A stretch of 64,000 nucleotides of DNA from Psammoneis japonica (Eukaryota), in contig QPGO01000022.1 of NCBI GenBank assembly GCA_008632985.1, positions 310,001 to 374,000 on the forward strand, given 5' to 3'. The notes beneath the pieces are model-generated. The model made no database searches, was not told where the DNA came from, and saw only the letters and a list, made by a program, of their open reading frames with translations. Made by a program: the position numbers and the translations under genes. Position 1 is the first letter of the stretch; every line of letters begins with the position of its first letter. Shown here piece by piece: positions 50,752 through 61,458 of this stretch.

Positions 50752-51211
50752 GTGACTGGCGTCACTTTGCTCGCACGACTTCTTGCGGTGATCTGATTCT
50801 AGAGACAGGCAACCAGTGGGGATGGGAGGACTTTGCTGGCGCAGTTGGTCCCTTTCCATTCCCAAGCTGGAATGGCATGGCCAGAGGGAGGGAGAGGTGG
50901 GAGCACTTTTAGACTGTCCATTCGGCTTGCTGCTGAAGCTCTTCGGAAGAATGAGCAACAGCAGCTTGCTTCCAAATGCCAACTTGAACGCGTTCAATGT
51001 GGCAGAGAGGGGGGTGACTTCCCGGTGCGTCGTCAACGGGCAATGAGGTCATCTCCCCTTGTCGGTCTTTACGAGGCCAGTGACTGGCATTGCTTTGCTC
51101 GCACGACTTCTTGCAGTGATCTGACTCTAGAGACAGGCAATTGGCAGGGATGGGAGGACTTCACTGGCGCAGTTGGTCCCTTTCCATTCCCAAGCTGGAA
51201 CGGCGTGGCCA
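50752..51211 (-). repeat. Element 2 3' split repeat block B1-A2-B2
   Basis: 50752-50883 matches 51080-51211 (132 bp). 50902-51079 matches 56956-57139. Confidence 0.92.
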
Positions 51212-51319
51212 TTCCGGCGCCACCCACGTACACTGGTGCAGGCAGTGGCGGTGTGATTGGGTGGGTGGGTGGGCCCGGCTGGAAGGCTGAGGCGCGGCTT
51301 GTGATGGAATCACGGGTCG

Positions 51320-52463
51320 GCGGTGGCAAGGGGCACGTCGGCAATTGGGGTGCAGGACAAATTGGCCACCAGCCAACATGCGTGTTGCGAAATTGCGCAT
51401 GACGGGTTCTGCTTGTAAGTGGAGGCAACGGAGCATCTCCTCGGAGTGCCATCGGCCTAAGAGGCGGATCACGTCGGTGTCAACATGGGCACATAGGAGG
51501 GCCATGGCACCAGCCGTGCAAACAGCGAGCGGAGACATCGGCGGGTGTGAAACCCAGCGCAGCGGGGCCGATTGCCAGAATTGCGGTGCGTAGGATGTTG
51601 GCAATGTCGGTGGGAGAGACACGGCACCAGGTGTTGTCATGCAAGCACACACCAAGGGGCGTGTCTGGTGTGGCGCCAAAGGCGCGGAGATGTTTCACGC
51701 GACGGATGAGGGCGTGTGTCGGACAAAGGTCAGGGTGTCCGGACAGGCCAAGGCCCATCACTTCACCGCGCACGCTGTTCTTCTGTGTGGCAAAGGTGAG
51801 CGTGCCAAAGGTGGCGGTGTCGAGGTGTTCATCGGTGCAGGTGAACAAATCGAGGTGAGCACCTCCAGCGGAGAGGCGAACGTCCCCCAACCGAAAAGGA
51901 GTGGTGTCGGAAGGGGTGGCGGTGCATTCGCCTGGCTGCAGGAGGAAGAAAAAGGCCAAAGCAGTCATGTCTGCGATGGCTTGGGTGCCCGGATGGTTGG
52001 TTGGGGAAGCGGCATGGGCAATCCACAAGAGGACAGCAACGGGGACCGGTTTGACCCGGTCTGGCGGAGGATCCTCTTTCTTGTAGAAACGGATTTGGCG
52101 GCCAATGCGGAAATCCATGTTGCCTTGGAGGGTGCACCACGGGTCCGGGGACCCCATTGCAGTGAACGTTTGGCCAATCGACCGCAGGGCACCCTCAGCG
52201 GTGCGTGCGCGGACAGGATTGCCACGTGGGGCGATGGCGCCTGTGCGGAGTCGGTGCACAAAAACTTGGAAAAAGATGACTGGGTCATCGACGTCTTGTA
52301 AGAGAGGGTCGAGGGCCAAGTCGTGACAGAAACTTCGCCAGAGGTCCCAGTGGGTGTTGCTGGAGCTGGCAGAAGAAGCGGCAACGCCGTGGGCAACGGC
52401 GTGTTGTACAGCGCCGAGATCACGTAGGAACGCAGCGCAGGTGGCGGGGTCCAAAGGCGCCAA
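51320..52463 (-). pseudogene. Tyrosine recombinase of element 2, inactivated
   Basis: LLQPGEC (R->Q, Y->C), a frameshift near 51515, and LGRWHSEEMLRC (catalytic Y->C). Confidence 0.85.
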
Positions 52464-55400
52464 GAGGGAGTCTGTGGGTGATGAGTGTTAAAATGTTGCA
52501 AGAAGGCACGGTCAGACAATTGTTGCAAGCAAGAGGCATCATCTGCAGCGGTGTTCAACGGTCCCGGCAAACAGTCGTGGAGCAACAGGTGGTGGTGGAA
52601 ACGTTGGTGGTGACCTTGGCATCGGAGGAGGGGTGCTGCGACCTTCGTAGTCGTGGTGGAGCCCTTGCGTTGACGAAAGAGAGTGCCGGTGTTGTCCGTG
52701 CGGTTAAGCACTGTGCGCTCTCGAAGGTCGAATCAGTCCGCCGCGGCACAGGATTGCACAATGCTGCCGACCAACTCCAAGTCGGTGTTGGCAATGGGGC
52801 CGCGGGGATTCTTAAAGGTGGACAGTCGGTCGGTGACTGCCCGGGGGAAGTGCATGCGCCAGACGACAGGTCCGGCGTTATGTTGTGGTCTCCGACGGCA
52901 AGCAGTGGAGCAACGCAGGGTGGTGCTGCGAGTGACCACTGACGGCGCAGGGAGGAGGACGCCACCTGCGCCATGACCGGCTGCATCATGGCAGCCTGTG
53001 ACAGTGGGCAACAGGGGGACAAGTTCTTGGATGCGGGTGGGGCGGAGATCGAGCCCACGGCACAACAACCGAAAATCGTCCAAGATGTCATGAAAGTTGT
53101 GGGCAAGACGAACTCGCCCGTCGGGTTTGGTGTGGAGCAATGCTTCCTGGAGTTCAGAGAACAGATTGCGAGACCCGGGAATGCCGGGCGTGAGGGATCG
53201 CAGTTTGCCAAGGAGCTTGTGCAGGTCGGCAAGCGCTGTCCGCTTGCGATGGCGGGGAAACCATTCGTACAGCGTGGTGCGGAGGCGCTCGCGGCGTCGC
53301 GGCGTAAGGCGGATGGTCATGGACAAAGCGTCAATGATCCACCCTAGGACCTCCTTCTGTGTTGACCAAGTGGCGTCGCCTTTGCGGAGCTTTTTGACTG
53401 AGATTGGCTCCTTGCGACTCGTGTGGTCTTGGTCGTCGAGTGGACGAAATGCATCGTCAATGGCGTGCATTGTCGTGCGATGCACATTGCGCAGCGATTG
53501 TTTGGAGCCTTGGGCGGCGCCGATAAAGTCATCAACTTAGATGTCGACACATTGGAGGCGCCGCCGGCGGTGGTGCGCGATGTGTGGATCCAGCGTGTCT
53601 GGCGCTGGGACAGCGACAGACGGATTCACGTCAGCAGTGACAGGGTGGTGCTTTGGTGGTCGGCCATCAAGGCAAGGCTCGAGTGGGTGTTCCGGTGCCT
53701 GATGGTTGCACACGAGCTGGCGATTGGCAACGTCTGCGACCGTCTCGGTTGCTGCACTAAATGCCGGTGGTGAGTTGGACCATCCCATGGGCAGCCGAGT
53801 TGGCATGGCTGCCAGGGGAGGTTCCCCGGGAAGGCGGGGAAAAACCACACCTGGTGTGGGTGCTTGCTCGGGCGCCAGCTGCATGCAGCAGAAACCATCA
53901 GCCAAGTCAATCTTCATCAGACAGACGCGGCCCTTGTTTGGATTGGCAAGGAGAGCGCGCCGAAGGATGCGGTCCAGCGTGCGCCCGAACTGCATAGATT
54001 CCATTGGCACGTTTGGCTGTGTAGAAGGATTGACACCGTAGAACGTGCAATCCACAATCGGTCGTGGTCCACGTGCGTGTTGTGGGACCACACCGACGGG
54101 GCTCAGCCATGGGTTGGGTTCATTCTTGACATCGTCGCATGGAACAACCACCCAGAAACCCTTGTCGACACAGTCAGACATGTCTTTGCGCAAAAACTCG
54201 ATGTGTTCGTAGGCGGACTTGTGTGGTCCTCGAGCGATGCTACCTTGGAGCTCAGCGTTGGACCATGGCTCGTCTGCAACAGTGACCGGTGCCCCTCGAC
54301 ATTTGCAACCGGTGAGCACTCGGTGTGCTGCATGCTGTCGCGTTGTCACCAATGGTCCCCAGTCACCTCCACCACTGCGCAGATGCAACAAGCAACTGAG
54401 GCCTCTAAGGCGCAACAATTTTGCATCGCGTGTAATTTGCTTGCCCAATTTGTCAGTCAGTGCTGATGCGGCCACATCCTGTCCACGTGTTGTGGGGCAG
54501 AAGCGCCGTTTTCTAGACTCCACTTGCAGGGGTTGTGGATGCATGGGCTTGTGTGCCCGTGCAGGAAGGGGCTCTTGGTTCCATGTCCCCGAGCAGGAAC
54601 CATTGCCGATGACCCATTCGGTCTTCCAATGTTGCACACCCCACGTGAGAAGGTCGACCTGCTCCTGCTCCATGTGGTTGTGATGATGATTGGCCCATGA
54701 TCCGCAGTTGTTGTGGCACTGTCCAATGAAATGGCATGGGAGACAACGTGGCGCCCCTTGGGAATCCGTGGGCAAGGCGATGTTGTCCCGGGCGCAGCAC
54801 TGCTTGACGGTGCGAGAACGCACATTGGGACGCTCCCGCAAGACCGTGAAGCGCTCGTCGCACTGTTTGTTGCAGATGATGGAATTGTCGCCAGGCGCAT
54901 TTATGCGGCTTGGTCCCGGCTGTGGCTGCCCAGTGGTCTGCAAACGCGGCATCGTGTGTGGTTGAAGGACAGATGTCGGTGGGTCGAGACGCCAATGGCA
55001 GGCGCCTTGTGCGGCCTCAGCCACCACTGGGAGCGGTTGAAATGGGACAGGGTTTTGTGAGTGCGTTTGCGCCTGGAACCAATGGCACATCTTCACCTGC
55101 GCGTGACGTTGTAGGTCCGCTGGTGACATCAGGTGCGACACCACTTGCGCCGCCAAATCGTTCACGCAGACGTCCATTGACTGGCGCGTGTGAGTCAACC
55201 ACTGCACCAGTGGATGTGCTGTGCCAAAGGCTGCAGAGAGAACGATGCGCAGACCGTCGAAAGACTGTTGAACCGCCTGTATCGCAGTGGCCACCATGGC
55301 GTCGTCCGGGGCCTCCAACACTCGCGCATCTGCCAAGGAAGGTGTGCCGTCACCTCCATGAATCTGTTGACACACAGAGCTGCGACAGGCGGTCTGCTCG

Positions 55401-56938
55401 GCTTGCTCTGGTGCAGTGACACCGAACAAGAAGGGGGCAATTCCCTGAGTCAACTCGTCCTTGTTGTGCCCAGCAAAGTTGACTTGGGTGAGTTTTGTGA
55501 CCAGGTTCACGGTCACCGACACATTGAAGTGCACGTGGTGTGCTTGCCGTTGCTTGTCGATTGCATTTTGGACGGCAGCAATTTGGCCGGTCTTGGGAGA
55601 GGCCGCCAGTTGCGCCCAGAGTGGTGGTGGGTTGGCTTCGTGATGCACCTGGCACAAACGCATGAGTTTGGCAATGCCAAACTCTCCGCAGAACTCCGTT
55701 GGTGTCTTGCCGCGCAATGCCACCTGTTGGCGCGCTTCCGCGTCTAAACGTTGTTGGCGCTGCTCTGCTGTTAAGCTCTCAATGGCTGTGAACACTGGTT
55801 CGAACTGGCGCGGTTGCGGCGGTTGGCCCACGCAGTGCGGAAGGTCATGCTGCACCACCGCGTCAAAGAAACGAACAAGTGCTTCGTTGGGTGGCTGCAC
55901 CATCGTTGGCCATGCTTGCGCTGCTTCGGACACATGTTGGTCCCATGCTGTCGTGCAACACGCCACTTTCAAAAAGTCCAGAAGTGGCCTGCATTCGTTG
56001 ACCGCATTGGCAGCTGTGACAGCTCCCAGCACCCAGGCAAATGCTTGCTTTGGCGTCAGCGGCATTGAAAGCAAGAGATTAACATGCGCGAATGGCACCA
56101 TCATGGTGTTCCACGTCCTGACCTCAACCGCGTCTGGGTCGCTCGGCTGTGCCTGTGGGTGCAATCCTTCTGGGGTCGTGACAATGTGAGCTTGCAGCGC
56201 TGCGTCGGTCGGCACCCATGTGCCGTGTTTGGCCAACTGAAAGGCATCATCAGTGATGGGTGCAAGTTGGCATTGTCCCATCGTCAGGTCGCCTGCGAGC
56301 GCAAAAAATTGTCCATCCCACGGTTGTGCTGGTCCTGCCACCGTGATCGGGTGCTGGGTTGCACGATGGAGCACCTGTGTGACTCCCATGTGGTTGCTTC
56401 CTTGCACCCAGCAGTGCTGCACCAGTGCCACAGGCAAATCGTGCAAAGAAGCTGCTCCAGCACGGGTCCTCAGCACGTTGGGATTGTAGCGTGACTGTCC
56501 TTGCAGTGGGACCATGAAGTCCTGCATGATTTCCGCACAGTTGCCGGCGTGCGGATCCTTGATGGCGTGCGAGTGGTGATCCCGACAGGTCCAGATTGCT
56601 GCTGGTGGTGCTGGAACTCCCTGCCCCACGGGACCTGCTGGCGGCATGGGTGGCACTTGAGGTGCCGGCTGTTGGGGAGGCGCTCCAGGGGCTTGTCCTC
56701 CCTGCGCTGCGGCAGGTTGTGCCGCTGCTCCTGGTGCTGCCGGCGCCACTGGATGCACCGGTGCTGGCGGCATGTTCTGGGCATTGTTGGCCGCCGGAAT
56801 CGGTTGTTGATTTTGTCCGCCCCCAGGTTGTTGTGCCACCGCAGCGGCGTCCGGCGGTGGATTGTTTCCGATGTTTCCGTCTTGGTTCACAACGTGTGAC
56901 GTTCCTGCGAGCTTTGCAGATGCAGCGGCGGATGGCAT
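52400..56938 (-). pseudogene. Gag-RT-RNase H of element 2: in-frame gag-RT, stop at the YVDD tyrosine, frameshifted RNase H
   Basis: The 1133-aa ORF ends ATC TAA GTT GAT GAC (I*VDD) at 53537. It continues through KEVLGW, CHDAAGHGAGG and NTDLELVG. Confidence 0.85.
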
Positions 56939-56955
56939 CCTCCGCCGAACACAAC

Positions 56956-57139
56956 AGCGCTTTTAGACTATCTATTCGGCTTGCTGCTAAAGCTCTTCGG
57001 AAGAATGAGCAACAGCAGCTTGCTTCCAAACGCCAACTTGAACGCGTTCAATGTGGTAGAGCGGGGGGTGACTTCCCGGTGCGTCATCAACGGGTAATGA
57101 GGTCATCTCCCCTTGTCGGTCTTTACCGGTACGAGGCCA
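56956..57139 (-). repeat. Element 2 5' repeat A1
   Basis: Matches 50902-51079 with a 6-bp extra segment and retains TpA sites lost in A2. Confidence 0.9.
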
Positions 57140-57297
57140 TAGTTCCTGATGTTTGTTGTGTGTGAGGTGTGCGGTGTGCGGTGTGCGCGACGCAAATAGA
57201 GAGAAAACCAAAAAAAGCTTACCGGTATGTAGTTAGTCTAGCAGAAGCATATCTTTACATCTCACGCATTGCTGCACTCTGTTGTGGCCAAGAGACG

Positions 57298-57726
57298 ATG
57301 GCACTGGAAGAAAGGTTTGACACCGACAAAAGGGAGCACACTTTGGAAGAAGGTCAAGATGAAATGGCCATGCCTCTTGATGAAACGCAGGAGCACTTGG
57401 CGCCTGAAAACAAGAGCACCTCCGTCGTTGAACAGACCGTGGTCTTTATCTTCTCGGTGCCCACGGTGATGCTGGTTGCTCTCTTGCGGGTTGCTTTCAC
57501 TCTGCTGCTAAAGATAATCGTGGATCCGTTCAAAAGCGTGAAAGAATTGTTTTTGCTGAATCAAGAGGAAACTCTTGCGTTGGCAACTGTTGGGGAGGGA
57601 CAAGAATCACAACGACGAGAACTACGTGCAGTTCGAGATAATCAGATGGAGCATCGCAGACGACTGAACGATTTACGTCAGAGAATCGAGCGATTAGAGA
57701 GAAGCAGAGATGATGCTAAGTCTTAA
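57298..57726 (+). CDS. Small hypothetical membrane protein with C-terminal coiled coil
   Basis: ATG at 57298, a hydrophobic segment VVFIFSVPTVMLVALL, and LNDLRQRIERLE. Confidence 0.55.
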   Translation: MALEERFDTDKREHTLEEGQDEMAMPLDETQEHLAPENKSTSVVEQTVVFIFSVPTVMLVALLRVAFTLLLKIIVDPFKSVKELFLLNQEETLALATVGEGQESQRRELRAVRDNQMEHRRRLNDLRQRIERLERSRDDAKS

Positions 57727-58156
57727 TTTCTGAAGAAAGGCTCCATATAGCATGCCATTAGGGATGTGGTTGCTGTTGTCCCAGTTCATTCGTCAGCATG
57801 CACGGTTTGAAATGCTCGATAGCGGAAGAGAAGGGCTCTGGAGCATTGTCCTCTCTAGCTTAGGTGCGACATATCTGGAACGATTTCCGCTGAATTGTTA
57901 CTGTAGTGTCATAATTTCCAGGACAAGCACCCCTTGAAGTGCCACATTGAAACTGGAGTGCGCTCTAGTTCGAGCCTAGATTTTTCTACCTACTGTGGAG
58001 GGTGAAGCAACTTGCTTGTGCGATATACATACGCATGCAAGAAAAGAGATGTATAGGCACTGTAAACTCAGACTGGAAGACCTTGAACACTAGTGCTGCT
58101 TGTGACAACAAGTATGATTTGCTTTTAACGGAGAACTATATCAGAAAGAAGCAAAT

Positions 58157-58790
58157 CTAAAAGAACACGAAATGCTTCTGAACTGCTTCGCTTACATCCC
58201 ATGTGCAGCTCATTCCAGCAGGAAAGGTAACAAAATCTCCTTTCCCGAACGTGGCCGGAGGGCGTCCATCCGATGGTGTCACCGTCACTTTTCCTTGAAG
58301 TAGGTAGCAAGATTCATTCGAATCATAAGTCCACGGGAACTTGGAAACATCACAACCCCAGGTGCCCCACGAGAAAACTCTTTTTGTTATCAGCGTACAA
58401 AATCGACAGTAATGATTTCACGGTGAGATAGAATTGCAGTCTACACAAAGAACTCATACATGTTCAGCGACTGGAACATGCAACAGTAGCGAAACTCACC
58501 CTTTCTTCTCGAGGAAATCCTATTGGAATAGACGAAAACTAAATGAGCTTCGGACAAAGATTTGATATCCACTGCAGCATGCGTCATTTATTCCGGGCAC
58601 AGACGGTAGAGAAAGAGGAGAGACTTCATACCTGATCGGGCTGACGAACAACTCCAACTTCGATAAGAGGGCCGGTAGAAGTATCGGTACTCATGCCAAC
58701 TGCAGACAAGCGACGAATCGAAAAGGTGGGCACAATGAAAGCTTGCACTGATGAAAATAATAGCACAAGAATGGTGACGGCTCTTTTCAT
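58157..58790 (-). CDS. Plastid-targeted cupin (Cupin_3/DUF861-like), three exons
   Basis: Exons 58790-58632, 58519-58500 and 58379-58157 with GT-AG introns. The spliced product reads VQAFIVP...DFLEKKGVFSWGTWGCDVSKFPWTYDSNESCYLLQGKVTVTP...GDFVTFPAGMSCTWDV. Confidence 0.85.
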
Positions 58791-59097
58791 GTTTTCTTCG
58801 TTTAGAATGGCGGTCGGATTTTTTTTGCCAGCAAGAAGCAAGAAGCTTGAAACCGCGGTGTTGGGTGTGATAGATGAGTAGGGCCCTAGTTGTTGTGCGA
58901 TGTGCGAGGCATAGAGCGCACGCATCCTTTTCCCGCCATTTTCAATTTTTGCTTGTGAAATTTTGATACGCAGGAGCGAGCCCACATTATGATACTACCG
59001 GTACATCTCGTCAGAACGAACGCGAAACGTTTTTACCGGTAATATCATACAGTTATTCGAATAACAAGTCGGGTTTTCTAGAGAGAGAAGTATCGCA

Positions 59098-60518
59098 ATG
59101 GGCAAAGAGAGAATTCGACAAGGCTGCAAGTGCGGCCATTACGAAAGCGTGATGCAGTCAACAAGTCAAGACGGCACTCTTAATTATGCCACTGCTGTTG
59201 GTTTGGAGGCATCGTTTGTTCATTTGCCTTTACCGCTACAAAAATCTGGACACTACGGTTGCAATCTTTGGGTGGATGGGCATGATTCGATTGCTGAAAA
59301 CCGGTTTTTGGAGACGCTCGTTCATTCTTCGGCGCTGATTCGTGCAGCAGACGGCGAAGCACGCAGCAAGGGTCCAAACGATCCTGGCGTGTCTCTATGT
59401 CAAGGATGTATTGAACGCGTTGCCATGGCGCTCGATGATGAGACTGATCGGCTCAAGCAAGAAGCGCTTGCTTATTCTCGCGCTGTGGAGTTGCAGGAAG
59501 AAAGACAAAAAGTTGTTCAAAGGACTTTGGCAAGCCGTCTCGCCGGAAACGGGCAACCCAGCCAATCAAATCACGAGAAAGAATCAGACGCAACCTCAAG
59601 GTAATTTACTACACTCTACGCGTCGATGTGAAGCTCTCCAACTTACACTTTTGCTTTTTTAACTGTTTGCGCTCTCGAAGAACTGCTGCGGTTCTGCAAG
59701 AAGAAATCGAGACTATGAGGGTTGCTTGCGAGCAGCACGAGCAAGAACTAAAGAATCTCAAATTCCTCGAAAACGAGCAATACATGCTCTCAAAACAATT
59801 AGACAATACAGAGGATGACCTTTGGCAGCAGCAAAATTCGCTTGAACTCGAAGCTCGAGCATTCGACAATGTTCAAGCCCAACTCTCATCACATGTGATG
59901 AAGGCGCAGGAAGAAGTCGACTCTTTGTCGCGAGTCAAGTTACACTCTTCTTTGTTTTCTTTGGCAGTAGACAAGCGTGGACTGCGATACCCACTGATTA
60001 ACGAGCTTCGACTCGCGTTCAGGCCAAAGGGAGATGTGAGCTGGAACGAAATCGGTGCTGCGTGGTCCCAAGCAGCACAGTTACTACTGTTTGTTGGCGC
60101 CTCAATCGATTTTCGACCAAACGGTTGGCGTATTGTGCCGTTAATGTCATGCGCAAAGATCATCAGTCTCTCAGCGGACGGCAAGCATCGAGCTGTGTAC
60201 AACCTTGGTGGACGAGACTTGGATGGATCCAGCTCGACGCCAAGGAAGAGCGCTGTCTCCGAATACAGCATGGCGGTATCTCTACGCGCTCTCAATGCCT
60301 TATTGGATCAACTGATCAGCCATACATCTTCTGTGGTCGACGATGCACCACCTTTGCCTTTCGACATCTCTCGACACCGAATCGGCAGCTACGAACTGTC
60401 ACACCTGGATGAAACGAATGACTCTGGCTGGTCGAGGGTAATTCACTGTATGGCTTCCAATCTACAATGGCTTTCAGACTGCGCGTCCGACTGCATCCTT
60501 CAGAATGATGTACTGTAG
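59098..60518 (+). CDS. ATG6: ATG6/Beclin-1-like autophagy protein
   Basis: LCQGC, a coiled coil, and INELRLA...VSWNEIGAAWSQAAQLL (BARA-domain motif). Intron 59601-59680 preserves the frame. Confidence 0.75.
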
Positions 60519-60678
60519 TTAAACTACGACTCCCACTAATATTACCAGGTATCTACGTTGACAAACCCTGCCTACAGAAAAGCATTGAAAATATCTATTT
60601 GACTATATAGTTTGCGCATCAATTCTGGGTGCCCCCTGCTGGTGCCCCCTGCCCCCTTTGTTTCCTGATGAACTCAAG

Positions 60679-61458
60679 CTAGCCCTTGATGGCCGCACGA
60701 GTCCTGCTGAAATGATTGAGACTACGCAGCGATGATGAACGCGTGGCCCTCGACATCTTGAGTGGCTTCCAGCCGTTCTTAGCCTTCTGGTTGCGTACAG
60801 CGAACGACAGGACTTTGTCGTCCTTGACGACTGCAAGAACATTGTTTGAGACGTTAACGTATTTCGTGCCGCCCACAGTCACAGACGCAATACCTGGAAT
60901 CTTGGGTATCTCCATACCTGGGATTGCAGTGTCGTTGTTGTCCTTGGTAGTCTGATAGAGTACGCAGCGATCCTTCTCCTCTTGCTGCTCTTGGAGTTCA
61001 ACCGTATACATTTTAGCCATAGAGGCTTTCGAGTCATCCACCTCGTAGATGCTGTTCAGTCCGTGAACCTCAACTTGAGTTTTCTCATCGGTGATGCTGG
61101 CGAGTGCCAACTGCATTAAGTCCACAATCCAATCACACGCCATCTTCACCATGGCAAGCTGCTTCTTGAGGACCACAACATGATGAACGGAGCGACAAAC
61201 TTGTGCCTCAAGATAAGCCGCGTAGTGAGGTGCCACATCTTGAGCCCTGGCAGCCTTGATACACTGCATGTAGACGTGAAGGGGGGTATGTTTCGGTAAC
61301 TCATCGCGAATTGCTTTTGTCAGAGAGGCCTCCGCCGCTCTGAACCGCCTGTATACTTCGTCATTCTCAAGAATTTGACGCTGACGCTCCAAAGCCCCCT
61401 TTGCGCGGAGCCTCGCAAGCTCCTGACGAGATTGTTCGATCTGATCTGTAATATACAT
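60679..61458 (-). CDS. Hypothetical coiled-coil protein (5' end uncertain)
   Basis: 259-aa ORF with helical composition. No family recognised. Confidence 0.55.
   Translation of the reverse strand: MYITDQIEQSRQELARLRAKGALERQRQILENDEVYRRFRAAEASLTKAIRDELPKHTPLHVYMQCIKAARAQDVAPHYAAYLEAQVCRSVHHVVVLKKQLAMVKMACDWIVDLMQLALASITDEKTQVEVHGLNSIYEVDDSKASMAKMYTVELQEQQEEKDRCVLYQTTKDNNDTAIPGMEIPKIPGIASVTVGGTKYVNVSNNVLAVVKDDKVLSFAVRNQKAKNGWKPLKMSRATRSSSLRSLNHFSRTRAAIKG

Larger units (their letters stand above)
50752..57139 (-). mobile_element. Tyrosine-recombinase retrotransposon 2 (Ngaro/PAT-type split direct repeats), full length and inactivated
   Basis: A1 (57139-56956), gag-RT/RH, YR, B1 (51211-51080), A2 (51079-50902), B2 (50883-50752). 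Its proteins are clearly homologous to those of element 1, but the A/B repeats are largely different. Confidence 0.9.

Noticed and set aside
20293..57139. Alternative genetic code in the island
   Set aside because: Copies differ at the same sites in both TG and CA directions, including in non-coding repeats, and carry stops and frameshifts. This is mutation, not recoding.
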